This document shows positions 41,010 through 49,122 of a stretch of 64,000 nucleotides of DNA, piece after piece; positions within the stretch are counted from its first letter, which is position 1; every line of letters starts with the position of its first letter. Origin of the DNA: Candidatus Bathyarchaeota archaeon (GTDB taxonomy: Archaea > Thermoproteota > Bathyarchaeia > Bathyarchaeales > Bathycorpusculaceae); NCBI GenBank assembly GCA_963702095.1, contig OY969706.1:320001-384000 (forward strand), read 5' to 3'. Under the pieces are notes generated by a model that was given only the letters and a program-made list of their open reading frames with translations, was not told the origin of the DNA and ran no database searches. A program made the translations under genes and the position numbers.

Positions 41010-42758
41010 TTGGCATTAGAAAACGAGTCTGAATTACGTGAGTTTATCTGCAAAGCCGCGCTCCTAAACGCGGTTGGTCATGATGGGAAAGCGCAGGCAG
41101 TCGCCATGGTTGGCAAAGTTTTGGGTGAAAAAGCTGAGTACCGTAGTCGCGTCAGAGAGCTTTCAGTTGTGATTAATCAGGTTGTTGCTGAAGTTAACAG
41201 CCTCTCACTCCAAGAGCAGAAAGCCATTGTAGAGAAGAATTGGCCCGAAACCCAAAAGAAGCATGAGACGGAAGAGAAAAAGCTGTCGCCACTTCCGAAC
41301 GCCGACAAATACAAAGTGATAACCACAAGGTTCTCCCCCAACCCCGACTGCGTCCTCCACCTGGGCTCCGCACGCGCCATCGTTTTAAGCCATGAATACG
41401 CCCGCATGTACAACGGCAAATTCATCCTACGCTTCGAAGACACCGACCCCAAAACCAAGAAGCCCCAACTCCAATTCTATGACGCCATACGCGCTGACCT
41501 CAAATGGCTGGGCTGCAAATGGGACGAAGAATACATCCAAAGCGACCGACTTCCAATCTACTATGACTGGACAGAGAAACTCATCTCAGTGGGCGGCGCC
41601 TACGTCTGCGAATGCACTCCTGAAGAGTTCCGCAAGAAAACGCTGGCAAAAGAAGCGTGTCCATGCCGCAACCTATCAGTGGCTGAGCAGCTTGAGCGTT
41701 GGCACAAAATGCTTGCTGGCGGCTACCAAGAAGGGCAGGCGGTTGTCCGCGTAAAAACCGAATTGGATCACCCTAACCCAGCGATTCGCGACTGGCCGGC
41801 CCTACGCATCATCGACACCAAAAAGTATCCTCATCCACGGGTAGGCAGCAAATACTTCCTCTGGCCACTCTATAACCTTGCAGCGGGCGTAGATGACCAT
41901 TTGATGGGCATGACCCACATTATCCGCGGCAAAGAACACTACACTAACATGGTCCGCCAGAAATACATGTACCAGCATCTTGGCTGGGAATACCCTGAAG
42001 CCATCCATTATGGCAGACTAAAAATCACAGGTGCGGCATTGAGCAAATCCAAAATCGTGGCAGGCATCAAAGAGGGAGACTACGCCGACTTTGACGACCC
42101 AAGGTTAGGCACTTTCCAGGCGCTGCGCAAACGCGGCATCACCCCTGAAGCCATAAAAAAAGTCATAGTCGACGTCGGCATCAAACCGAACGATGTCACA
42201 CTCAGCTGGGAGACACTTAACGCCTACAACCGCAAAATCCTCGACTCCACAAGCAACCGATACTTCTTTGTCGCTGACCCTGTTGAACTCAAAGTTACGG
42301 GAATACCCAAAGCATTCCATGCTAAGCTGCCGCTGCATCCTGAGCAGCCAGAGAAGGGTTGCAGAGAATACACTGTTGAACCAAACGGGGAACACAAAGC
42401 CGTAATTGTCTGGATTGCGAAAGCAGACGCCGAAGCCATTCAAAAGAAACAAACCATCCGCCTTATGGAGCTTTTTAACATTGAAATCACGGAAACGGGC
42501 GGTTGCATTAACGCCGTTTATCAAAGTGAGGCTTATGAGGACGTCCGCAAAATCAAGGCGCAACTTATCCAGTGGATACCCAAAGGCACAGAGTACCCCG
42601 CTGAAGTAGTCCAGCAGGATGCCTCAGTAACGAAGGGGTTTGCGGAGTCTGCATGCAAAAAGTTAAAGCCAGACCAAATCATACAGTTTGAACGCTACGG
42701 CTTTGTCCGAGTGGAAGAAGTCGCAAAAAAATTAACCACATATTACGCCCAGAAATAG
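41010..42758 (+). CDS. gltX: glutamyl-tRNA synthetase (archaeal type)
   Basis: TRFSPNP..LHLGS, LRFEDTDP, IIRGKEH, LSKS, DDPRL.T, QFERYGF. Confidence 0.95.
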   Translation: MALENESELREFICKAALLNAVGHDGKAQAVAMVGKVLGEKAEYRSRVRELSVVINQVVAEVNSLSLQEQKAIVEKNWPETQKKHETEEKKLSPLPNADKYKVITTRFSPNPDCVLHLGSARAIVLSHEYARMYNGKFILRFEDTDPKTKKPQLQFYDAIRADLKWLGCKWDEEYIQSDRLPIYYDWTEKLISVGGAYVCECTPEEFRKKTLAKEACPCRNLSVAEQLERWHKMLAGGYQEGQAVVRVKTELDHPNPAIRDWPALRIIDTKKYPHPRVGSKYFLWPLYNLAAGVDDHLMGMTHIIRGKEHYTNMVRQKYMYQHLGWEYPEAIHYGRLKITGAALSKSKIVAGIKEGDYADFDDPRLGTFQALRKRGITPEAIKKVIVDVGIKPNDVTLSWETLNAYNRKILDSTSNRYFFVADPVELKVTGIPKAFHAKLPLHPEQPEKGCREYTVEPNGEHKAVIVWIAKADAEAIQKKQTIRLMELFNIEITETGGCINAVYQSEAYEDVRKIKAQLIQWIPKGTEYPAEVVQQDASVTKGFAESACKKLKPDQIIQFERYGFVRVEEVAKKLTTYYAQK

Positions 42759-42770
42759 GAGAAAACAAAA

Positions 42771-43088
42771 ATGCGAAAACTTGACGGGAAAGCCATCATT
42801 TGGCCAGTCTACTTTGACTGCAACAAAACACGCAAAGAAGGACGCCGCCTACCCAAGAACCAATCAGTCATATCGCCTAAAATCGCTGAAATCAAAGAAG
42901 CCGCTGACAGATTGGGATTGGAGAATGAACTCAGGGTAGAAGCGCGTTTCCCCAAAAATCACTGGGCAAAAACAGGCATGTTGGTTGTGGAGAAGAGGGA
43001 AGCTAAAGAAGCCATAATTAAAAAGTTAGCTAGGCAATTGGTAAAGATTAAAAATCAGCAGCAGTCTGAGCAGCCTAAAAGACGATGA
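42771..43088 (+). CDS. srp19: signal recognition particle 19 kDa protein
   Basis: IWPVYFD..KTR.EGRR.PK motif. Confidence 0.92.
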   Translation: MRKLDGKAIIWPVYFDCNKTRKEGRRLPKNQSVISPKIAEIKEAADRLGLENELRVEARFPKNHWAKTGMLVVEKREAKEAIIKKLARQLVKIKNQQQSEQPKRR

Positions 43089-43130
43089 AGTTCAGGGTTG
43101 ATCAGTTAAACAAATTAGGAAAGCAAAAAA

Positions 43131-43523
43131 TTATGCTTTTTCTTTACCGATGAGTATAGCGTTGATGATGCCGTCATTGCCTGGTCGGCTTGTAACCTTT
43201 GCCAATCCCAACTGAGTTTCGATTTCTGCGCCTTTGGTGATGACGCCTCGACGGTTATAATCTACGTTTGCTCCGTTGCGGACTACGCGGACAATCTCGC
43301 TTTTCTGGGTTTCACCAGTCTGGGGATTGGTGACAGATGCGTATTTGTCGGTTAAGGCTTTGATTTTGCTTCCGCCGCCTATGGTGCGTTGAATTTTGCG
43401 TTTGGGTTTGCCAAGGATGGTTTCGGCTGGGTATCCGCCTGCTTCGTACAGTTTTTTGGTGCGGTAAACGCGTTTTTTGCCGCCTGTAAGTTTCCTTTTA
43501 CGTAAACTGCTATGAGTAGACAT
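43131..43523 (-). CDS. rps8e: 30S ribosomal protein S8e
   Basis: RK.TGG, NVDYNRRGVITKGA.I.T..G.A.VTSRPG.DG.INA. Confidence 0.95.
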   Translation of the reverse strand: MSTHSSLRKRKLTGGKKRVYRTKKLYEAGGYPAETILGKPKRKIQRTIGGGSKIKALTDKYASVTNPQTGETQKSEIVRVVRNGANVDYNRRGVITKGAEIETQLGLAKVTSRPGNDGIINAILIGKEKA

Positions 43524-43624
43524 ATTCTACATTCCTACGAATTGCGTTGTCATTAAACTGTAAATTTCAATATAAACGTATCCGTTGACAGATTCATCTT
43601 CACGGTTATTGACCATGTTTTGAA

Positions 43625-43935
43625 GCTGTTGCTCTGCAGAGGCTCCCCCTGATTTCGGTAAATTGTTTTTTCTCTTTATGTGGGTGTGGCGTTTTATGGG
43701 GTGCCACAAGACTGCAAGCGGATGCGGTTGCTTTTTTGGGAAGCATTGCGTTTCCGCGTCTGTTTCGGTGTGGGATATGCTTTTTCTTCCACACGCCATA
43801 CATGGCTCCATGCAGAGGCCGCCGGGATGTGTGTGAATACATGTATCATTTGCTTTCTTAGCGTGGCAGTGAACAGCAATGACAGCACAATACAAGCGGA
43901 CACCAGTATGGCCCTTGGGCAACTTTAGCCATCTC
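43625..43935 (-). repeat. dispersed repeat family B, copy B2
   Basis: Colinear over about 310 bp with 60673-60997 (e.g. TATGTGGGTGTGGCGTTTT..GGGGTGCCACAAGA; TTTTCTTCCACA; CATGTATC; GCAATGAC.GC.CAAT). Confidence 0.85.
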
Positions 43936-43988
43936 TCACTTCCAACCGCACAAAAACAACCCACCCCTAAAAGCAATTTTGCCCACAA

Positions 43989-44081
43989 AAACTAGTACTT
44001 CTACCAGCCGTAGTTGCAATAATAGTGTCCATCTTTATCGTTGGCGCTGTACTCGCAGTGCTTGTTAGGAAACGGCCATAA
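43989..44081 (+). pseudogene. orphan C-terminal membrane anchor of a surface-protein gene
   Basis: KLVLLPAVVAIIVSIFIVGAVLAVLVRKRP* followed by ccccttttttctttttt; in-frame TAA at 43968 and no start codon ahead of the helix. Confidence 0.55.
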
Positions 44082-44366
44082 GTAGCCATAAAAAAACCCC
44101 TTTTTCTTTTTTTGGATTGAAAATCGGTAAAATAACTGTGGGCTAGGTGGGCTCTGGATAAAGTTAATGCAGTCGCGGTTGAAGGATGGTTTAGTTGCAT
44201 TTTCCATTCTTTCTTACTTGGGTTTCAGAGCTCCAGCAAACCCATCGCATACTTCTTTGTGACTGTATAGTATCAATCACAAATCATTAAAAGCTTTTAC
44301 AAGCACATTCTGTACTCAGTTCGGTACGAGAGCTAAAACGGTTAAAATTACGAGGTAAATGGAAAT

Positions 44367-44639
44367 ATGAGTAAGAATAAAGCCAAAAAAGCCCCTCCAC
44401 ACTTCTACGAAGGACCACCACCCAGTAAAGAAGACAAAGTGGAAGAAACAGATGACCTCTATGACACGGATGAGCGGGAAGAAATGCTCGACGACGACGA
44501 AGTCACCGCCGCCGAAGCAGGTTTCATGGAAGGCAGAGAACAGGAACCGCCTAGCAAAAAAGAAACCCGCAAAAACGCGGTCAGCCACACCGACGAAATC
44601 GCCGATGAGTTGGCTAAAGAAGACGCAGAAGACGACTAG
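44367..44639 (+). CDS. small acidic hypothetical protein
   Basis: GAGGT SD; 90 aa, D/E-rich core DLYDTDEREEMLDDDEVTAAEAGFMEG. Confidence 0.75.
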   Translation: MSKNKAKKAPPHFYEGPPPSKEDKVEETDDLYDTDEREEMLDDDEVTAAEAGFMEGREQEPPSKKETRKNAVSHTDEIADELAKEDAEDD

Positions 44640-44717
44640 AGACATATTTGGCTCCATTGAGATATCTGCATAAGCATATTGAGGTTCTTCTGCACTGGCT
44701 ATTTTTGAGGCGTTTGC

Positions 44718-46547
44718 CTACTTTTTGGGTTTAGACTTTTTCTCTTCTTCTTTATCCTCTTTTTCCTTAGTGATTTTGGTGTAGTAGTATTCGCCGATGC
44801 TTTTCTGGAATTTATCCATCTGAGATTCTTCCTTGTTCACGCGGGGTCGGAAGGTAACAGAATCCCGTCGGAAGGTAATGTCCATCTCTTTGAGGAACGC
44901 GTTCATGCCGCCTCTTAGACTCGTTGGCGGATGCGCAACACCGCACTCTCCCGGTTTACCGTTGAAAACCATAAGGCGGTCAGCGATAAAGTCCTGAGTA
45001 ACCACATCGTGCTCAACCACAAACGCTGGGATGCCGTGGGCTTCGACGACTCGCCGCAGGGTTTTGGCGACGTTGAGGCGTTCTTCGACGTCGAGGTAGG
45101 CGCTGGGTTCGTCGAGCAGGAACAGGTCGGTTTTGCGGCTGAGGCAGGCTGCTATTGCGACTTTTTGGAGTTCTCCTCCGCTGAGTTCCATCACGTTGCG
45201 ATCCATCAAAACCTGCAGTCGGAGGGGTATGGCGATTTCGGTTTTGTACCAGCTTGAGGTGAAATTCTCTTTTGCCACGTTCATCAGCAACTCCTGCACG
45301 GTACCCTCGTAGTCTGGAGCGATGTATTGGGGTTTGTAGCTGACTGTTAATTTGCTAAGTTGGCGTTTATCGTCGGTTTCCTCTATGCCTGCGAGCATTT
45401 TCACAAACGTGGTTTTGCCGATGCCGTTGGGTCCCAAGATACCGATGATTTCTCCTGTGCGGATTTCGCCGGCTTCAACTGTTAGTTTGAATTCCTTGAA
45501 AGTTTTCTCCATTTTACTCCAGTTTAGCAGGGGTGCACCGACGTTTTCTCCTGCAGTTGGGGGTTTCTCGTGGAAAACGATGCTTTCTTTTCTGAACATG
45601 ATGTTTTCATCTGGGATGTAGCCTTGGAGGTAGATGTTGATGCCTGTGCGGACACCATGCACGTGGCTTACGACGCCGTAGACGGCTGGTTCACCGTAGA
45701 AGACGCAGATTTGGTCGCTTAGGTAGTCGATGATGGCTAAGTCGTGTTCGGCGACGACAATGGTTTTTTGTTGTTCTTTGAGGCTGCGAATTGTCCTTGC
45801 CACCACAAGACGCTGCTTAACGTCTAAGTAGCTGCTGGGTTCGTCGAAAAGGTACACGTCGGCTTCTCGACTAAGCGCCGCCGCAACCGCCACCCGCTGC
45901 AACTCGCCCCCGCTCAAGATATCAAGCGCGCGGTCCCAGATGTTTTTGAGCTCCAACTCCTCAGCGATAGCGTCGAGTTGTTTGCGTTCGTCAACTTTAT
46001 CGAGGAGGTCGCCGACTTTGCCGGTGACGGCTTTGGGGATTTTGTCGACGTACTGGGGTTTACTGCTGACTTTTAGTTTCTTTTCGCTTAGCCGCGTGAA
46101 GTAGTCTTGGAGGCTGCTGCCCCGGTAGTACTGGATGATTTCAGGCCAATCAGGCGGGTCATCAAACCTGCCTAGGTTAGGTTTGATTTCGCCGCTAAAC
46201 ACTTTAAGTGTGGTGCTTTTGCCGATGCCGTTTTGCCCCAGCAAACCCAAGACGGTGCCCGGTGAAGGCATGGGTAGGCGGAAGAGTTTGAAGCTGTTGG
46301 CGCTGAAGCGGTGGCTGCAGTCTTTTTCCAATTCATCGGGCAGGTTGACGATGCTTATGGCTTTGAAGGGGCATTTTTTAACACAGATTCCGCATCCGCT
46401 GCATAGTGCTTCGGATATTACGGCGTGGTTGCCTTCTATTCTGACTGCTTCCACTCGGCTGCGTACCATGGGGCAGAAGCTTACGCATAGGTGGTTGCAT
46501 TTTTTGACTTTGCATTTATCTGTGTCTAATACGGCGATTCGCGTCAT
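44718..46547 (-). CDS. rli: ribosome recycling ATPase ABCE1/Rli1
   Basis: N-terminal Fe-S domain (CSGCGICVKKCPF), two ABC domains (GQNGIGKST, GPNGIGKTT, LSGGELQ, DEPS.YLD), RPRVNK. Confidence 0.96.
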   Translation of the reverse strand: MTRIAVLDTDKCKVKKCNHLCVSFCPMVRSRVEAVRIEGNHAVISEALCSGCGICVKKCPFKAISIVNLPDELEKDCSHRFSANSFKLFRLPMPSPGTVLGLLGQNGIGKSTTLKVFSGEIKPNLGRFDDPPDWPEIIQYYRGSSLQDYFTRLSEKKLKVSSKPQYVDKIPKAVTGKVGDLLDKVDERKQLDAIAEELELKNIWDRALDILSGGELQRVAVAAALSREADVYLFDEPSSYLDVKQRLVVARTIRSLKEQQKTIVVAEHDLAIIDYLSDQICVFYGEPAVYGVVSHVHGVRTGINIYLQGYIPDENIMFRKESIVFHEKPPTAGENVGAPLLNWSKMEKTFKEFKLTVEAGEIRTGEIIGILGPNGIGKTTFVKMLAGIEETDDKRQLSKLTVSYKPQYIAPDYEGTVQELLMNVAKENFTSSWYKTEIAIPLRLQVLMDRNVMELSGGELQKVAIAACLSRKTDLFLLDEPSAYLDVEERLNVAKTLRRVVEAHGIPAFVVEHDVVTQDFIADRLMVFNGKPGECGVAHPPTSLRGGMNAFLKEMDITFRRDSVTFRPRVNKEESQMDKFQKSIGEYYYTKITKEKEDKEEEKKSKPKK

Positions 46548-46620
46548 GAGTAAACGTCCAAGTATGAATTGAAAGGGTAAGTTATAAATCTAAAACCCGA
46601 AAGCTGCAGGTTTCCGTTTT

Positions 46621-47025
46621 TTAAATGATGAATTCAACTGCTTTTCTGGGATTGTTAATTTCTATAGCTTTGGTTCCTGTTGCTATCTTTGACAATTTGG
46701 GGTTGGCTTCTGAACCTAAAGTTACCACAACCTTGTCCTTGTAAGAGAAGGTTACAGTTATGCCTGCTTCGGATAATTCCTCTGCAACCCCTCTGATCAT
46801 GCCAAGGTTGCTTCGAACAGTTTTGATTTGGGTAGCAGCACCGTATATGCCTTTGCTCGATTCGGCTTTTGAGGTTGCAAGAATGTTCTTTACGATTTTC
46901 TTGTTTAGGGCTTTAACGTCGATTTTTTTGTCTGCTGCCTTAATCTCAAGGGCTTCAGCGTTATTGGTGGAAACTGTGATTTTTCCTGATTTGAGTAATT
47001 CGCCTAAAAATGAGGCAAGGGGCAT
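46621..47025 (-). CDS. hypothetical protein
   Basis: 134-aa ORF, co-oriented and 15 bp from the upstream ORF. Confidence 0.65.
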   Translation of the reverse strand: MPLASFLGELLKSGKITVSTNNAEALEIKAADKKIDVKALNKKIVKNILATSKAESSKGIYGAATQIKTVRSNLGMIRGVAEELSEAGITVTFSYKDKVVVTLGSEANPKLSKIATGTKAIEINNPRKAVEFII

Positions 47026-47039
47026 TTGGTTGCCTACGT

Positions 47040-47249
47040 TTAGGCTTTAGCGTCTTTGGCGTAAACGATGTCTAAGACGATGGCACCGTTGAGTTTAGCT
47101 TTAAACATGCCCATGTCCAGGGTTAAGTCTTCAAAACTCAGTTTAAGGTCTGACTCTTTTCCAGCAAGCTTATCGATGATAGTTAACATCGTTTCAGCCA
47201 TACTTTGTGCCGCTGTTTCAAGAGATTTTCCAGATTTTGTTTCTACCAT
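47040..47249 (-). CDS. small hypothetical protein
   Basis: 69-aa ORF with GGATGGTG upstream; pairs with 46621..47025. Confidence 0.65.
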   Translation of the reverse strand: MVETKSGKSLETAAQSMAETMLTIIDKLAGKESDLKLSFEDLTLDMGMFKAKLNGAIVLDIVYAKDAKA

Positions 47250-47392
47250 AATGATACACCATCCTTACTATGGGCTTTCAGAACCTAAATAGTTATTGCT
47301 CCCCAGCCGCCCATTCAAGTAGGCGCTGTACGCAAAAGAGGAAAAACATCAAAATTTAAAAGAAAGGTATGATGGTGGCATACTGGGTTATT

Positions 47393-47461
47393 TTACCATT
47401 CTTCTTCTTCCCATTCTTCGTCTTCGCCTTCTTCCCATTCATCTTCTTCTTCGAATATCAT
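47393..47461 (-). CDS. 22-aa acidic Trp-repeat microprotein (not in the ORF track)
   Basis: MIFEEEDEWEEGEDEEWEEEEW*; perfect SD GGAGGTGA at 47470-47477, 8 nt before the ATG. Confidence 0.7.
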   Translation of the reverse strand: MIFEEEDEWEEGEDEEWEEEEW

Positions 47462-47666
47462 ACCTTTTTTCACCTCCAGATAACACGCAAAATCTATCTT
47501 ACCCTCCGATGGGTTTAAGGATTTAGATACGTCAAATGTCGTTAAAAGTCATCGAGAACTTCGGGGGTTTTCATGATTTTTGTGTGAATTTTTGTACGAT
47601 TTTTCAGGGAAAAGCAAAAATTATTTAGTAAGTCCATAGTCAACGCTTGTATTAGAGGCTTGCAGA

Positions 47667-48236
47667 ATGAGGAGAATATTCAAAATAATCATAGCCGTAT
47701 TCGCTGTCATAATCATCGTAGTGGTCGCTTTAGGAGCCATCGTCTTGTTGGATTTAGCCGCCTACACCGCCACCGGTTCACAGATTTTGCCTGCTACCGG
47801 CTCAGAAATGGGAACTGCGCTGGTACTCTATGACCCCGGCTTAACTGGCGCTTCAACAAAGGTAGCCACTCAAGTTGCCGACGACCTGCAAAGTCAGGGT
47901 TTAACCGTTACTTTGGCTGGGATAAAAAGCTCGGCGGCATCTGACATTTCAGGCTACACCGTCATAGTCGTCGGAGGCCCCGTTTACGCTGGTGCACCCG
48001 CCGCATCTGTTAAAGACGCCATAAACAACCTGCACGTTGATTCTACTACAGTTGTGGGCGTGTATGGCAGCGGTCAAGGAGCAACATCGCCTGACGATGT
48101 AGCGCAAATCAAGAATTCCGTTTCAACTCTTCAAAGCGGCGGCGACCTATCCAACGCTGTCATAGTGAAGATTGGAGAAACCGAAGACATCAACGCTCGA
48201 GCATCCGACTTCGTCAACGAACTGTTGAACCAATAA
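47667..48236 (+). CDS. membrane-anchored flavodoxin-like protein
   Basis: N-terminal TM; LVLYDPG.TG..KVA, IVVGGPVYAG. Confidence 0.7.
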   Translation: MRRIFKIIIAVFAVIIIVVVALGAIVLLDLAAYTATGSQILPATGSEMGTALVLYDPGLTGASTKVATQVADDLQSQGLTVTLAGIKSSAASDISGYTVIVVGGPVYAGAPAASVKDAINNLHVDSTTVVGVYGSGQGATSPDDVAQIKNSVSTLQSGGDLSNAVIVKIGETEDINARASDFVNELLNQ

Positions 48237-48289
48237 ACCCCACAGAGAAAACTTGTGCCGCCTTGTCTTGTGGCAGAAGTACCCTTTCT

Positions 48290-48841
48290 TTATTCTAACT
48301 CTAAAGTTTTAGCGTCAAAGGGCTTGCCGAACTCTTCTTCGCTGGCTACTTGGCTGAGCACTTTTCGGGTGCGCACAAGCCGCAGCAGCTTACTGGATAA
48401 ATCCAGCTTTTCCTGCGGGTACCCAACCGTCAACATCACCAAAACTTCAAAGTTCTCAGGCACTTTCAATAGCGCCTTAACATCTGCTTCTTTGAAGCTG
48501 CCTACGCAGCAAGTGCCCAATCCCTCACTTACCGACGTTAAAACCATGTTTTCCAAAGCCAAAGATGCGTCAACCACATACCAGTCTGATGAGGCTTTTT
48601 TGTCTCCGCAGACCACGATTACCAAGGGTGCTGAACCAACAAATTTGCCGTAGAGCCCCTTGGAGAGGGCTTTTAGTTTCTCTTTGCCAGTTACCGCTAT
48701 GAAATGCCATGGCTCGATGTTTTGGGCGGAAGGCGCCAATCTGCCAGCCTCCAAAATCCGCTCCAACTTATCACGTGGCACAGGCGTGTCTTGGTAACTT
48801 CGAATTGATTTGCGTTCCTGTACTGCCTCAAAAACATCCAT
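48290..48841 (-). CDS. nitroreductase family protein
   Basis: RKSIRSY, APSA.N.EPWHF, GLGTC, VGYP. Confidence 0.9.
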   Translation of the reverse strand: MDVFEAVQERKSIRSYQDTPVPRDKLERILEAGRLAPSAQNIEPWHFIAVTGKEKLKALSKGLYGKFVGSAPLVIVVCGDKKASSDWYVVDASLALENMVLTSVSEGLGTCCVGSFKEADVKALLKVPENFEVLVMLTVGYPQEKLDLSSKLLRLVRTRKVLSQVASEEEFGKPFDAKTLELE

Positions 48842-48909
48842 TTGGGTTGCCTCAAAGAATAGATGGGGGACTGTGGAATATTAGTTTAGCAGTTCACAAA
48901 GCGTTCACT

Positions 48910-49044
48910 TCGTTTTTTTATTGTTAGATGAAGGCAGAGGCGCCCTTGCTCATCTTCTTCTTGGGGGCTTGGTGGGCAACTGTGTTTTGTGTTCTGCAAA
49001 GGATTTGGGTTGCTGGCTGGTTGTGGCGTAATCCTCAAACAGAA
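48910..49044 (-). repeat. dispersed repeat family A, copy A4 (inverted)
   Basis: Reverse complement: TTCTGTTTGAGG..CAACCAGCCAGCAAC..TGCAGAACACAAAACACAG..GAAGAAGATGAGCAAGGGCGCCTCTGCCTTC..AACAATAAAAAAACG. Confidence 0.85.
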
Positions 49045-49122
49045 CAGAGGAACCTATGAAAGCAGCAACCTCAATGTTTCGATAGATTCAAATTTCCAAA
49101 CACCCAAGCCTACTTGAACGCC

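Noticed and set aside
43527-43988. Zinc-finger-like PCxACGRK peptides in ORFs 6703..6960, 43527..43988 and 60543..60905
   Set aside because: These are translations of repeat family B. Copy B1 is frameshifted and has TGA where the others have TGG, and the substitutions fit hairpin conservation better than coding.
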